DNA of 64,000 nucleotides, taken from positions 22,492,225 through 22,556,224 of the forward strand of contig CM120640.1 of the NCBI GenBank assembly GCA_051362555.1. Reading direction: 5' to 3'. Source of the DNA: Lingula anatina. Taxonomy: Eukaryota; Animalia; Brachiopoda. Made by a program: the position numbers and the translations under genes. This document shows, one piece after another, positions 36,501-50,300 of this stretch. The first letter of the stretch is position 1. Each line of letters opens with the position of its first letter. Under the pieces are notes generated by a model, which did no database searches, was not told the origin of the DNA, and worked only from the letters and a program-made list of their open reading frames with translations.

Positions 36501-39500
36501 ATGCGTTTGCCAGTTAGGTACATTTTTTCCTGCCTTTTTGTTGTAAATAAAAGTATGCTATGTTTGAAAATCGTGAATTTTTTAAAATAAGATGATTAAA
36601 AAGATATGTAAAAAAACAAATGTTGTTTTGCGCTGATTTCTCTGATTGGTATATTTTACGTAATACTATGTTTTTTAAAAAGCATTATTTGTACATTTTT
36701 TTCAGTGGTGTACAAAATATGCAAAGCCTCTCCTCACACCATTGAAGGAAAGAGTGTTGTAGTCATCCCTTATTATCCTTGCTTGGGTGTCACTGATCCA
36801 CAAAATACTGATGTCCCATGGTTGGCCATTCCTCCACCAGAACACTTCCATGTTGATCCACTGCTCATTGAATTTCTGCAGGCAGCTTCCCAACATGATA
36901 GAAAGCTGAAAGATATGCTACAGAAATACTGTGGTGTTGTTAAGCAAGAAGCGGGTACCACATCCTTGATAGTAGAATGCACCATCAGTCCCGATATGGC
37001 CAATGCATTTTCTGAAATTGAAGTTTGGAGTGCAAAGGTATCAGAGGCAATGAAACAGTTTCTCCAAAATTATGATCACAAGAAGATTAAAGTCCCAGGT
37101 AACATTGGAAGTGTAATTTGGGAATGTGTAGATGAGATGGCTCAGTCTTACCCAGGAAGGTTATTGTTTCACAAAGACAAAAAGAATATGTGCATACAGG
37201 TAGTGGGAGAAAAGGGTGATGTATCAGGAGTCTTACAAAGGATGTCAGAGACAATTCATTCTGTTCAAGAAGATGCCCAGTCTGTGAGCAGCCAGGTCAA
37301 GATGAAAGACTATGCAGTATATTTTCTGGAGAATGGCCCATTTTTGCAGCAACTAGGAGAAAATTGCCCATTGTTACAAATAGAGCCAGACTTTGCCAAC
37401 AAAGTTGTCTATTTAAAGGGACATCCTGTCAAAGTGGATGAAGCAAAAATACAACTGTTTCAATACATGCAAGAGATCAGAACAGAGCGGATTGCAGTTA
37501 CCAATGCTGTCCTGGATTTTTTGAGAAAAGAGAGTTGCTGCCGATTTTTGCAGGAAGAGTTCAGGAAAAGAAGCCTCAATGTGCACGTTATGTGTGGCTC
37601 TAATGAGGCATACATTTATGCTTTGTCTAGTCAAGAGTCAGGTCAATGTGAAATGCAGAAAGCTATTGAATTGATACAACAGAAGATTGAAGTGAAAAAA
37701 ATTGCAGTACAAGAAGGTGGTAGTGCTGTTATCAGAGAAAGAAAATGGCAAGATATGAAGGACCAGTTGAGTAGAGAATATGAGGACTTGATTGACATAC
37801 AGGTATCTCCTCATAAAAAGCATTTGACTATTGTTGCTTTGGCAGATACAATCGATAAAATTGAAAATCATGTCCAGTCATTTTTACACCGCCACAGTGT
37901 TGTAGAACATTTTGAAGAAGTCGCTTACCCAAAAGCAATTTACATCCAGAAATTCAAGATGGAGGAGGTCAACAAGGTTGAGCGTGACCTAAGGTTTTCT
38001 GCAGTTGATATCAGCCTCAAAGTATCAGAAACTGGTAAATGTGGTTTCAGCATTAAGGGGAATCCAGATGGTGTGGAGAAAGCTACAAAGACTGCAATGG
38101 CTATTATAGAGACAATTAAAAAAGAAACATATAAAATCGATCAGCCAGCGGTAGCACAGTTTTATAGTGATGAAAGAGGACAGATCCTGTTAGAGAATAC
38201 TGCACGCAGTAACAACTGCATTGTTGAGAAATCGGGTAGAAGAGGCCCAGGACATGCTGGAAAATGTATCCCTCAAGAGTTCAACCATCCGTCTGGTATT
38301 GTGTTCAAAGTGTGCAAGGGAGATCTCACCAAGTACCACACTGATGCAGTTGTTAATACTGCAAATGAAAGACTTGCTTCTGGTGGTGGTTTGGATGGTG
38401 CCATTAAAAAAGCAGGTAAAAAAAATTAAACTTATAAAATTCATCAGCCAATGGTGGCACAGTTTTACTTTAACAATTTTGGCAAGGTGTGTGTGTGTGT
38501 GTGTGTATATATTTTCACTGTCTCTTTTTCTGAAAAGCCACAAGCTTATCTTTTCATACACTACGGTAAGTTAATATTTAGGTAAATTCTATATTTCACT
38601 TTTTAGGTGGTGATGCAATTCAAAGAGAGTGTGATGATATCATGAAAAAACGGAGGACCAGTCTGGGTGCTGGAGAGGTTGAGGTAACAGGACCTGGAAA
38701 GCTTCCCTGCAAGCACATCTTTCATGCAGTAGGACCAAGGTGGAGGGGGGGAAGATCTGGGGAAAGGGAAGCTCTTCAAAGGGCAGTGGAAAATATATTG
38801 AAGAAGTGCAGTGAGGAAAGGGTTGAGTCTGTGGCTATCCCTCCAATTAGTGCTGGTATATTTGGTTATCCTAAAGAAAAGGCCACCGAGACCATGGTGA
38901 AAGCTGCGAGTGATTTGTGCTCAAGGTCAAAACCGGTTGGTCTGAAACAAATCCATTTTGTAGATAGAGGAGAAGACATCATCGATCTGTTTGCATCTGC
39001 TGTTGCCAAAAACCTGAAAGATAGTGCTGCAGCTGGAGGCAACATTTCTGAAGATGAAGAAGATGGATACTCACTGAATGACTATGAAGTGATTAATTCA
39101 GGAGGCAAGTGTTTTCTTTGTTTCTTAAAAAAAACTCAAACCTGTAGCATTTGATTTTGCTTTGTATGATGTTTTCTTACTAGCATTGGGTATTTTGATA
39201 TAAATGTAAAAGAGTAGATATTGGTTGGGAAATTTTTTTTGTTTGTTTAACCAGTTAGATTTAAGAAATAATGATAATGTTTGTAAAAAACTTGTCTTAA
39301 TTGGTGAATAATATTATTTTTTGTCAGGTTTAACATTGTGTTCATGAACAGACACTGTAGAAATCACTTAGACTAACTACTAAAATGAAATCATATTACT
39401 ATTGTAATTACTTTTCTCTGATTATAATTTGGTATTGAAGTAGAAAAAAACTTGTTTTCTGTTACAAAGTGTGTGTTCTAATTTTAGGAGAGCCAAATGT

Positions 39501-42500
39501 CTCTAAATCATATTTCTTTGGCCTGTTCTCAAAATCACCAAGCAGAAAAGATGAGGAAGGAGATTCCAGTAAACCTGGTCAGTATGAAAGTGTTCTTTTT
39601 TTCTTTCTTTTTTTTTTTTTTTTGCCTACACTGTTAAATTTGTCTGCATGCCAAAATCTGCAAAACTGTTGTGCAAAATATGCCCCAGTGATTTATTAAT
39701 TGATTATATATTTGATCTATGGTATCACATAATATTATTTTAATCTCTAAAGTTAAAAGTTTCTTAATCAAACCAAATTAAGAATCCTGAGCTTTATTGA
39801 GAAAAAAATTTGAATTTTTGAATAATAGCTGTTTGCTAAACTAGGTAAATACTATGAGGTCAGCAAGTATAAAAAAAGTGAATATTTAAGATAATGACAA
39901 ATTAAGTTGTATAAAAAAAGATTGTAAACATTTAATTGCTTATGTATGTACATGTAATCAGCTTAATGTTCATTTTATGTGCTGCATTACATTACATGAA
40001 ATGCAAAAATATGAGGTATTATGGCTCAGACTTATTTTGTTTGAAGAAACTGCTTGCAAATTGCATAAATGATTGTGTAACTTGTCGTCCAGAGACCCTT
40101 TAAAATTTTGATTGATCACAACACTTGCAATTAACTGAAGGAAGGCATATAGTTCATTTAAATGAAACTGATGTGATTTTCAATATAATAATCAGCTCTC
40201 AGTGAGAAAGTATTCTCATTTTAGGCACCAAGTTCCAGAGAAAAAGAACAATGGCATTGTCACTTGATATTTATTACACAAGAAGAGAAGATTTGAACAA
40301 TTTCAAAGATGAAATTAAAAAATTGGCAGAAAAAGAGATACTTACAAAGCCCATTGAGAATGATAACATTGGAAAACTTTCTGGAGACCAGGTAGAATAG
40401 TTGCATAATATAAAATTATACTAATATATACCTTTTTAAAATACAGGTGCACTAAAGCCATTTTAAGAGTTAAATTTCATTTTAATCAAAGGCATTTAAA
40501 AATATTTCGTCTCGGTATATCTGTTTTTGTGTTATTTTCATTACGTAATTCAACTTTTAGGTTTTAAAAATGTTGGCTTTGTAGACACTGTATTTTTCAA
40601 AAAACTTTCATCTTCTGCAGTAAACCCAGAAATCAAATGTGATATCTGTTAAATACAGACTAGTATATGAATTTGTTGCATTTTTCAGATTCTTTTGACC
40701 TGAAGAATATTGTTTTCAAAATGGTGAAGTAGATCTGGAACCTGCTGTGTATCTTTATGTTCATCAGGGAATACCACACAGCCTATTTGCATCCTGGAGA
40801 TACACGTGTGCTGTCACCAACTCAGTATTGATACTGGCAATTGGTTGCACATTTCTCAGCTTCAGCTGTATGAATACATAAATTTTTGGATGAATTTCCT
40901 TGATGTGTCACATGTTTCTTTTATTTTTAGATGAAAAAGATCACAGATGTAGCTAAAGATGCTGCTGTGGAGGTAATTGACGAGCGTTCTCGTAGCAAAG
41001 TAATGAAGCTCAGAGGTAGACCTTCTGATGTCCTTAAAGTCCAAGATGTGGTGCAGAAGATGCTTGATGAAATTGCAAAAAAACAAAACCAGAAAGTGAT
41101 TAATGCTGCAAAATTGAAAGACATCCAGTGGTCCTTCTTCTATAAGGACAAAGAATATAGTTACGACCCATTTAGAAATGCAGAAATTGAAGAAGCTTAT
41201 AAGAAGAAGAGACCGGAGTATGAATATTCAGATAAAGGAAGGAAATTCAAGCTAGATTTCAGTAACATGCAAGTCTGCTGCGAAGGTGGAAAGAGTGAAG
41301 TTGTTACAAGAAAGGATTTGAAAGGTATTGCATTCCATGAAAATGCTTTCTTCGTGGATTTATTTTCAGTTTAAAAGGTTTTCATTCTCTTCTTTATATT
41401 ACAACCCTTTGTAACAGTTTTAAGTCAAAAGAGACTCTCTCTGTTGCTGTATCAATTTATTTAACAATTTAATTAAAGAAATTTAATTACAGACCTGAAA
41501 ATCAACAGAAAAATTAGAGGCCAACGAGGTGGATTCAGTTGTAGGATGCCTATTAAAGCAATTTACTCACCCAACAAAGAATCCCAGATAATACCAAAAA
41601 CTGGTCTTACTCACAGTCAAACAGGAGCACAATCTTAAAACTTAATAAATGTGCCTTTGCTTGACAAAAACAGTGTACCATTAGTAAAGCTAGCCCTCAT
41701 GAACTGCCGATCAGTGCGCAATAAGGAAGCTATTATACGGGATTACATCAACGAAAATAACACTGACATTGTTTGCATGGTCGAAACATGGATATCTCCA
41801 GACATTCAACAGTCAGTAGAAGCAAGTTTGATTCCAACGGGTTATCAGTGTATCCAAATACCATGGACTGATCGACGAGGAGGGGGTGTGGCACTCATGG
41901 AAAAGAATGTTTTCGCAATAAAACGGCTCCCTAAAGTAGTAGAAACCAGCTCATTTGAATATATTGAAGTATTGGCGAGAGCTATTTCAGAGACACTTTG
42001 CATCCTTATCATATACAGAATACCACCTTCAAAGGCAAACAGAATACGCAAATCTTCCTTTTTAACTGAATTTAGTGAGCTTCTTGAATATCTGGGGCCA
42101 CTGAAGGGAAAATTGTTAATCGTTGGGGATATGAATTTTCATTGGGAAAAGGCCGAAAACACTGAAACTGAGCAATTCACAGCTCTTTTAACCTCATTTG
42201 GATTAGTCCAGCATGTCACAGGTCCCACACATGTGCGTGGCCACACCTTCGATTTAGTCCTATCTAGGGAGGATGATGCCCTAGTTAATAACTGTGTAGT
42301 GAGCCATCTAATTTCTGATCATCATATCATTCAAGCTGATCTTCAGTGTGGCAAACCCCACCCGACAAAGTGTCATACAGAAAAATAAAAGACATTGACA
42401 TCAGCAAACTCCATAACTTAGTGTCTACCAAAATTAAGGAATTGAACTTCTTGAACTGTGATCTGAATGAATGTGTCATGTACTACGACCAAATTTTGCC

Positions 42501-44713
42501 CCAGTCATTGGACCAGTTGGCACCTTTGAAAGCAAAAACCCTGGTTCAGAGAGACCTTCAACCATGGATTAATGATAATATTCTTGCTGCAAAGAGGGAT
42601 AGCAGACAGGCAGAAAATCTGTGGCGAAGAAGCAAATTAACCATTCACCACCAGCGCTACAAGGAGGAGTGTCACCGTGTTAACCAACTTATCAAAAAAG
42701 CTAAGGAAACTTATTATTCAGAGATGATAGACGCGTGTGACGGTGACCAAAAAGCATTGTTTACAACTGTTAATAGTCTTATGGGTAAGAACAAACGTGT
42801 AGCGCACCCACCCTCAACGTCTTTGAAAGACCTAGCTGACAGCATGGGATCTTTCTACATCGCAAAAATCAGTAAAATATATGGCGATCTTGAATCATTA
42901 GAACAGACAGTTGCAACACCATTACATCCCCCGATCTCTTATCTTCTCCCGAAGCCTTCACTCTTACTTACTGCTTTTGAGGAAGCAACGGAAGACGAGG
43001 TGACAAAAATCATTTCTAGATCTAAGAAGACATCATGCCTCCTTGATCCTATGCCGACAACACTGCTCTCCCAGATTCTCCCTGCAATCATTGGTCTCAT
43101 AACTCACATTGTAAACATTTGCTTTAAAACCGGGAATTTTCCTGAATTGTTTAAGTCTGCAATTATCCGTCCACTACTGAAAAAGCCTAACCTAAATGCA
43201 GAACTCTTGCAAAATTATCGACCTGTATCTAACTTGTCATTTCTGTCTAAAGTGGTAGAGCGTGTGATCGCCACAAGATTGTTCAATCACTTAGATGCAA
43301 ATAACTTGGTTGAGAAAATGCAGTCAGCATACAAGGTGAATCATAGCACCGAGTCAGCACTCCTTAGAATTAAAAATGATTTGCTATGTGCGGTCGACAG
43401 TCACTCCGCTGTGTTACTTGTTCTCTTGAACCTATCGGCCGCATTTGACACTGTTGATCATCAGGTACTGCTGTCATTTTTGGAAGAAACTTGGGATAAA
43501 AGATACATCACTAAATCTTTTCCGTTCTTACCTCACAGGCAGATCACAACAAGTATGCGTGGACGGAGTTCTCTCTGAATTAGCTCAACTTGTCTTTGGT
43601 GTTCCACAAGGCAGTGTGTTAGGACCACTCATATTTTGTATTTATACTTTACCGCTTCGTGCAATCCTTCGTTTTCATGAGATTGGTTATCACATTTATG
43701 CTGATGACACTCAGCTTTACACATCCTGCAATATTAGAAACCCTGAATCATCAATTACTAAAATAGCCAACTGTATTTCTGATATAAGGGGGTGGATGAT
43801 CAGAAACAAACTCAAGATCAACGACGAGAAAACTGAATTCCTAGTAATATCTCAACCACACAATAAGAACATTGCCCGTAGTCTTAGCATGTCCATAGGT
43901 GCCAGCGTGGTACATGATCATCTCATGCCAAAAATCTGGGAGTTTATTTTGACAGTACATTGTCCATGAACAGGCAAATTTCTAACGTATCTAAAACATG
44001 TATGTTCAATATTAGAAACATTGGTTCCTTACGAAAACATTTAACCGACTCTACTACAGCAACAGTTATACATGCCCTGGTTACATCCAGACTTGATTTC
44101 TGCAACTCCCTTCTTTACGGATCTTCAGAGGAACAAATCAAACGGCTACAGCATGTACAGAATATATCTGTTCGCCTACTGACCCGCACTCCAAAAGACA
44201 ACCACATTACTCCTGTTTTAATGATGTTGCACTGGCTCCCTGTCCGAGCACGCATTTTATTTAAACTTTTAACATTTGCACATGCAGCATTTTATAAACT
44301 TGCACCTTCTTATTTAAATGAGCTTGTTTTACACTACGTGTCATCAAGAAATCTCAGATCAGGTGATCATCCTTCTTCTTAAGCCTTATAAGACAAGATT
44401 AGTATCATACGGTGATAAAGCTTTTAAATTTGCAGCACCAAAAGAATGGAATATTTTACCCATCAGTCTTAGACAAATTGTGGACCCTGGACATTTTAAA
44501 AAGGAACTAAAAACCCACCTTTTTAAACAATATTATCTTTAAATTCTTGAAAAAACACTTCTTAAGAAAAACTGTTCTTAGTCATAGTTTTAGTTAATCA
44601 TTTTCCTTTTTTTTTTCATCTTATAACCATTAGCAATATTTTTCTTTTAATTTGAATTTTATAATTTTTGTAAAGTCTACTGAACACATGTTGGATTTTA
44701 GACTATAAATAAA

Positions 44714-44750
<37 letters not shown>

Positions 44751-45959
44751 TATTCATTCAGCTAGTGGGAACTTTGCTCTGCCACGTCTTTGGAGTCCCA
44801 TGCCAAAAGATACCAGTGTCCTTCTTGTTCCCCTGAACTCCTCCTCACCAGAGTATCAAGAGGTGGAAAAGAATTTCAAGGCCACTGGGAGTGGAGTATC
44901 TCCTCAGAAAGTAGGTCTCATAACAAATAAACATGATATTATTCTATAAGGGCAAAGTATATATATACAGTTAATCATTACATAGTATTGCATCAAAATT
45001 TACAAAAAAAAAAAAAGAACTTACTTAGTGCACTGCAACCACAAACCCTTTGAAAGGAAAACTGTTACTTATCATTTTGTAACTTAAAAGAATGATTCTT
45101 AGGATTGACATACCTCAAATTAGCTATGATTACTAAATATATTATATAAATTGCACATTTTCCATTTAGATTGAGCGCATCCAAAATCCAAAACTTTACC
45201 TGCCTTACATAGCCAAGAGGGAGGAGATGAAGAAGAGGTTACCTGGAAAAGTTATTGAACACATATGCTATCATGGAACAGATACCAACAGTACCCAGTT
45301 CATCAACCATAATGGTTTCCACAGAAGTTACTGCGGAAAGAATGGTAGGATAAAATTATACAGCAGTTCATTTAACATGCCAAGATAAATGAATAAGCGA
45401 TAAGAAAATGCACGAATCTAAAGATAAACACCTTAATTTCAAACATTTTCAGATTAATTTCATCCAACATGTGTCATTTAATTGAGGTACACATTCTTTT
45501 TATTTTTTTTCTTTTTTCAAAATGTTAACTTGCATTACACTTTCCATTGAAAAATCTGTATGGGTTTTTTGTAAAGAATGTACAATTATTTGATATAGAT
45601 TTAACATGAAAATCCCATTTAAATTCACTCGCTTTCTAGGCACAGCATTGGGAGCAGGTGTTTACTTTGCCACTCAGGCTGCAACTTCTGTTGGATATGC
45701 CAGAGGTGGGCAAGGTGGAAGAATCATGTACCAAGCAAGAGTTCTCACTGGTGATTATACTGTGGGTAATTCATCAATGCAGTATGCTCCCAAGAAGCCC
45801 GACAATGTCACAGATTATGACTCTGTTGTGAACGTTACTGGCAATCCGACAGTTTTTGTCATTTTCCATGACAGCCAGGCTTACCCAGAGTACCAGATAA
45901 CATTTGAAACTATTTTTGTGATAATTCCAATTTGTTCAGTCCAGTCAAGATTAAATTAA
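30530..45959 (+). CDS. PARP14: PARP14-like macrodomain mono-ADP-ribosyltransferase (multi-exon)
   Basis: Phase-consistent exons: 30530-31546 (Q/P/H-rich); 32135-32344, 34128-34370, 34471-34746, 35508-35765, 36187-36429 (RRM-like, MYFES..SGGG); 36706-38415 (KH-like repeats, macro start); 38607-39104 (macro, GIFG); 39488-39577; 40225-40391; 40931-41324 (KH+WWE); 44762-44910; 45170-45344 (HGT); 45640-45959 (GVYFA...AYPEY). Start codon uncertain; orthology vs PARP9/10/15 not tested. Confidence 0.88.
31731..31960. mobile_element. MITE family A, copy 3 (intronic)
   Basis: GGGCATTTCCAGAGAT...ATCTATGGGAATGCGCCC; absent from the paralogous intron near 30350. Confidence 0.75.
32761..33710 (-). mobile_element. 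5'-truncated LINE 3' fragment (same broad group as the 13.7-25 kb LINE)
   Basis: SSHELMIERGHY...CPLC...EDEMHFLLLCPLY; AATAAA 3' end near 32761. Confidence 0.75.
32905..33082. mobile_element. Small G/C-tract MITE nested in the LINE 3' UTR
   Basis: CAGGCCATAGCCAG...CTGGCTACGGGCCTG TIRs with poly-G and poly-C tracts. Confidence 0.7.
41401..44750 (+). mobile_element. L2/CR1-group LINE (ORF2 APE + RT, frameshifted) in a PARP intron
   Basis: MNCRSVRNK, VETW, GDMNFH, GHTFDL endonuclease motifs; NYRPVSNL, LSAAFDTVDH, GVPQGSVLGP, YADD; LHWLPV; (TTA)n tail 44714-44749. 5' boundary approximate. Confidence 0.92.
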
Positions 45960-47317
45960 ATTTGATGGAATTTGCTTGTAGACATCAGCACCAATACTTT
46001 GTGCTGAATATTTGCTTAATCATTGATTGCACATCAAAGTTTGACATGGTTGTGTTCATATCTCTAAATTTTCTCCGATTTTAACTCTATGGCCTGCAAG
46101 TAAAAGCAGCTGTCTGAGCAATGAAATGGACATCTGGAGTAGACCTGTAGGTATCTTTTAATGTTTTAGAACATCTTTCACAATATTCTGTCATACTAAG
46201 TTCACTGATATGAGTGCATGTCTGTAATGTCGATTTACTTATTTAATGTTCATTTTTACTCTTGGAGAATCTTAGATTAAGACAAGAAAAATTCTTGCCA
46301 ATGATTCAAACAATTGTTATTTCCCCATACAAATATGAACCTTTTTCAACATATGAGGAATTTGTGCAAATCTTCAATTAAATGATCAAAGAAAAAATTG
46401 GCAGGAACAAAAACATTAAAACCATTCTTTAATTTCATATGTAATAGGTCAGTGACATTTCAGTCAAACTCAAATAAATATTATCAGTTCTTGCATAATC
46501 ATAATAAGCAAGACAATTGGTTTCTCAAAATCATTGGTTCACTGGATTTTAAATATAAATTCTTTTGTGAAAAGTAATAATTTCAAAGTTCTTTTATGAC
46601 CACCTAACAACATTGTCCATTCATGTTGTTACAGTAATGCCAAGCATAATCAACCAACATCATACAATTACAGCTTTTTCTTGCGAAGTTTGTAACAAAT
46701 GTATATGTACGTATTGGCACCTGCTTTAATTGTTGAATAAATAAATTCCTTGATCAGCAGGTTCTTGTGAAGCCTTACTGATGCCATTATTTTGATCATT
46801 TTGCCAGGAAAAATTTGTGGTGCTGTTGGCCCTGCTTAAAGTAGGGGGTGACTGCTGATGTTGTTGCAAAAGTAACTTGTGTATCCAACGCAAATCAAGT
46901 CCACAGCATTATGTAAAATGATTCCTTACAGAAAAACTGGACAAAAGCTCTTACACAAACAAATACCTGTACATTAAAATCTTTCATAACTTTCTTTGCT
47001 TTCTTAGAATCACCACGAATGGTGAGCAATAACAATCTGCAACATTTGTAGCTGGTTTTCTTGCAAATTGTATTCCTCTTAGCACTACCAGACTTTAGTT
47101 TCCAATTCTCCATGGAAATGATCTGACTTCCCAGCTTTTGGCACATAGGTATTGTCACCACTGCCCGACAGTATAAGTAATGCAGTGATCAATGAATAAC
47201 ATCACTTACAGTTGCGGGTGGGAAGCCATGACAGTCCATTACAATATCTGATGCCTTCGCCATCCCATCAACACATATATAAAGTATCTGCAGTAATAAT
47301 TATATCAACTCGTGTTA

Positions 47318-50300
47318 TCACATCTTCTCGTACGACATAATGTGCCCACATGATTTACAGGTTTTATTATACATATCATTATCTTCATCATAAACTTCTT
47401 CCCCAAACTCATGTTCATGGTTTCCGAGCTCCTTGGTCCACAAACTGCTGCGAACTGCTTTTCTGAGTGCTGAAAAGAAAAATGCACTTATATCCTTTAT
47501 GGATTAACCATTGGCTGTATCAAGAATTGATAACACAGGCTGGACAAAGAATCATATAAAACAACATACTATTCATGGAACCTTGTTGTTTGCAACTGTA
47601 GACCTTGGGCTTAACTACCTCACCCAATATGCCAACTTATATTAAGCCGAAGTCAGCATATAAATGTGTTTAGTTTTTCGACAAAAAGCATAATTTAAGA
47701 TCCATTGTGAAACTCAACTTGGTTAAATAGGTCTAGGTAGGCTAAACAAAGACAAATTCTTGACTTGAGATAATTTTGGAAATGTGACTGTGGATTTTCT
47801 ATCTCATAAGAAAATTGCAAAATTTACATGCACTTGAATATATTGCTTTTTTATTATTTTTTACCCTGCACTTTCTTGTCAAACTTTTTCTGCTGTTGTT
47901 TCTCTCTATTTTCTGCTCTCCTTTCTTGTGCTTCCTCTATTTTTTCTTCTGATCCCCATACTTCCATTGCACGTTTAAATACCTGTGGAATAAACGAGGT
48001 TCCAAATAATTAATTTTTAAGTTCTTTCTTGTGGGATTGCGTGGTCAAGTTTATTAGTCTTTCTTAAATGAAAACAATTCATGAAAGGGGAGTATTTTCC
48101 CAACACAAAAGAAAATTACATTGAGTACTATGACCAATGTTCTTGGCAGTATTGAATTTAATCACATTTCTAAATAGAAAATATTTATGCCAGGTAGCAA
48201 AATCATTTTCCAAATTCCAAGATTAAATCCTTATAAAGCTTATCAGTGTGTGAAACTTACCTGAGATTCTAAATACAATTTCATTTCTCCCCATCTACTA
48301 TTATGGGGATTCTTTTTTACAATAAACCTCAAGCTGGGTTCTCTTCTATCAAAGTCTGCATCTTTCAACAGATATTTGTTTTTGGCATCTGTTTTTGTAA
48401 TCAAGCTGTGCTTTTCTTCATTATCCCTGCAAAATTAAATGAAATAACTTGGTCAGGCGCAAAGTACACATTCATGAGTGTCATATGAACACCAGTCTTT
48501 CCAATAAGAAAGTGTAAATTGAACATTTTTACTTTTTAAATCTTTATATATTATCTACCCAACAAGAAGTCCTTCAGATCTAGTCCTCAAAACTCGCAAA
48601 CATGTACATATGACTCCGAGTTTAGTAAAGAATATGCAATTTATATCATCTGTATAATTAAAATCAAATGAACAAAATACTTCAGAGATACCTGCATTTA
48701 TCACATACAAACTCTTCAAAATGACTGTAGAGGAATGAGTCCATAAATTCTTTACTACATTCATTGCAGATCAGGAGGTCTGTGCTTATTACTGGAGCTG
48801 ATAAAAGAAATCAGACATGTACAATTCAGCTTTAAATTCAACCAGACACAAAGGACAAGCTATATTCTGTTCAAGTTTAGAAAACTCTGAAAGAGATTAC
48901 CAGAACCTTGCAAAGAAGGTTTAGTCATTCCTGTTTCCAATTGTACAAAATTGTCACACATCAAATTTTTGTTACATTTAAGAATCCATTCTTGTAAATT
49001 TCAATACCTACAGATTTTACACCAGGGCATACACCTTTGAGACCAACATGTCTGGTCGGACAAAAAAAATCAAAACCAGGACTTTTCCCAGGATTTGGGG
49101 TAACAAGCCATCCAAAATTATCACAGGTTTCATATCCTACAAAATTTCTGGGAGTACAAGTCATCATTTTTCAAAAAAAAAAAAAAAAAAATTCATAAGC
49201 CATCCAGCAGTCCTTGAAAATATTGGCAGTCCAGTGATGTCGGTGGCCGTCAAAATGACAGCTGGATGGTTCGCTGGGAAAACCTTGATAAAAATTGTTT
49301 GATTTAAATGCAGACTGTTGATGTCTTACCAGGAGGATGTGCTATTTTGACTGTAGAGGCCGCTTCCTGTTGGTCCTCCTCCTCTAGAAGAAATCCTCCA
49401 CCAGTGTCAATCACTTTACCAGGTACTTTAACCTTACCAATGACATCACTGTAATTAAAAGCAAAAAATTCCCACTTACTTCATTTTAAATCACCATAAG
49501 TTTTTATAAGCCATTCTTTATGCAAACGTTAGAAGAAAGAATTGCTAAGTGCTAGCTACAGCAATGCATTCAGATTTCAGCTGATATCATTTTATCATTT
49601 ATAGCATTGCAAATATATCAGGTAAAATAACTTGACATGAATGTCCTGGACAGCTAAAAAGAAAACTTACTTATCTTCTTTTCCAGTTGTGTATGGTCTA
49701 CTAGTAAGTCTAGATTGCTTCAGTAACAATGCTCTCTGGCGATTCCTTTCAATGCGAGCCCGTTGTGTGGCACTCAACTTTTCTCCAGTTTTTACCTCAG
49801 GCACTAAAAGTATATTTAAAAATTTTTCATCTTTATCGGTATATGAACCACATATGCCCACTTTAGTAAGATCCACAATATTATCAAGGGGCTGCCACTT
49901 ACTGTATGATATGATGTCGTTTGTGTACTGTACTGTATCTAATCATTGCAAGAGGTGCATGCACGCTCGGCTGTCACCTTGATTGGATAGTAAACGATTG
50001 TCGTAAAATCGCTAAATGATATTAAAACCGGGTGCATAAACTTGAAAACCACCTACAACAACCTTGGACTACCACATTAATCCAATACAATGCAAAAATA
50101 AGCTATAACAAGTGGTTAAAGCCTTCAAACCGAATGTCGTAAAGTCCCCATATACCTCCATAGAGACAATAAAATAGAAGAAGCTTGTGAAACAAGAAAA
50201 ATCCAGTTCCAACAGAATAATCGAAATAAAATACTGCCGGGCATCGGAGCGGCCTAAAACTTGGCACGCTTACCGCTAATACTGCAGGTTACATCATCCC

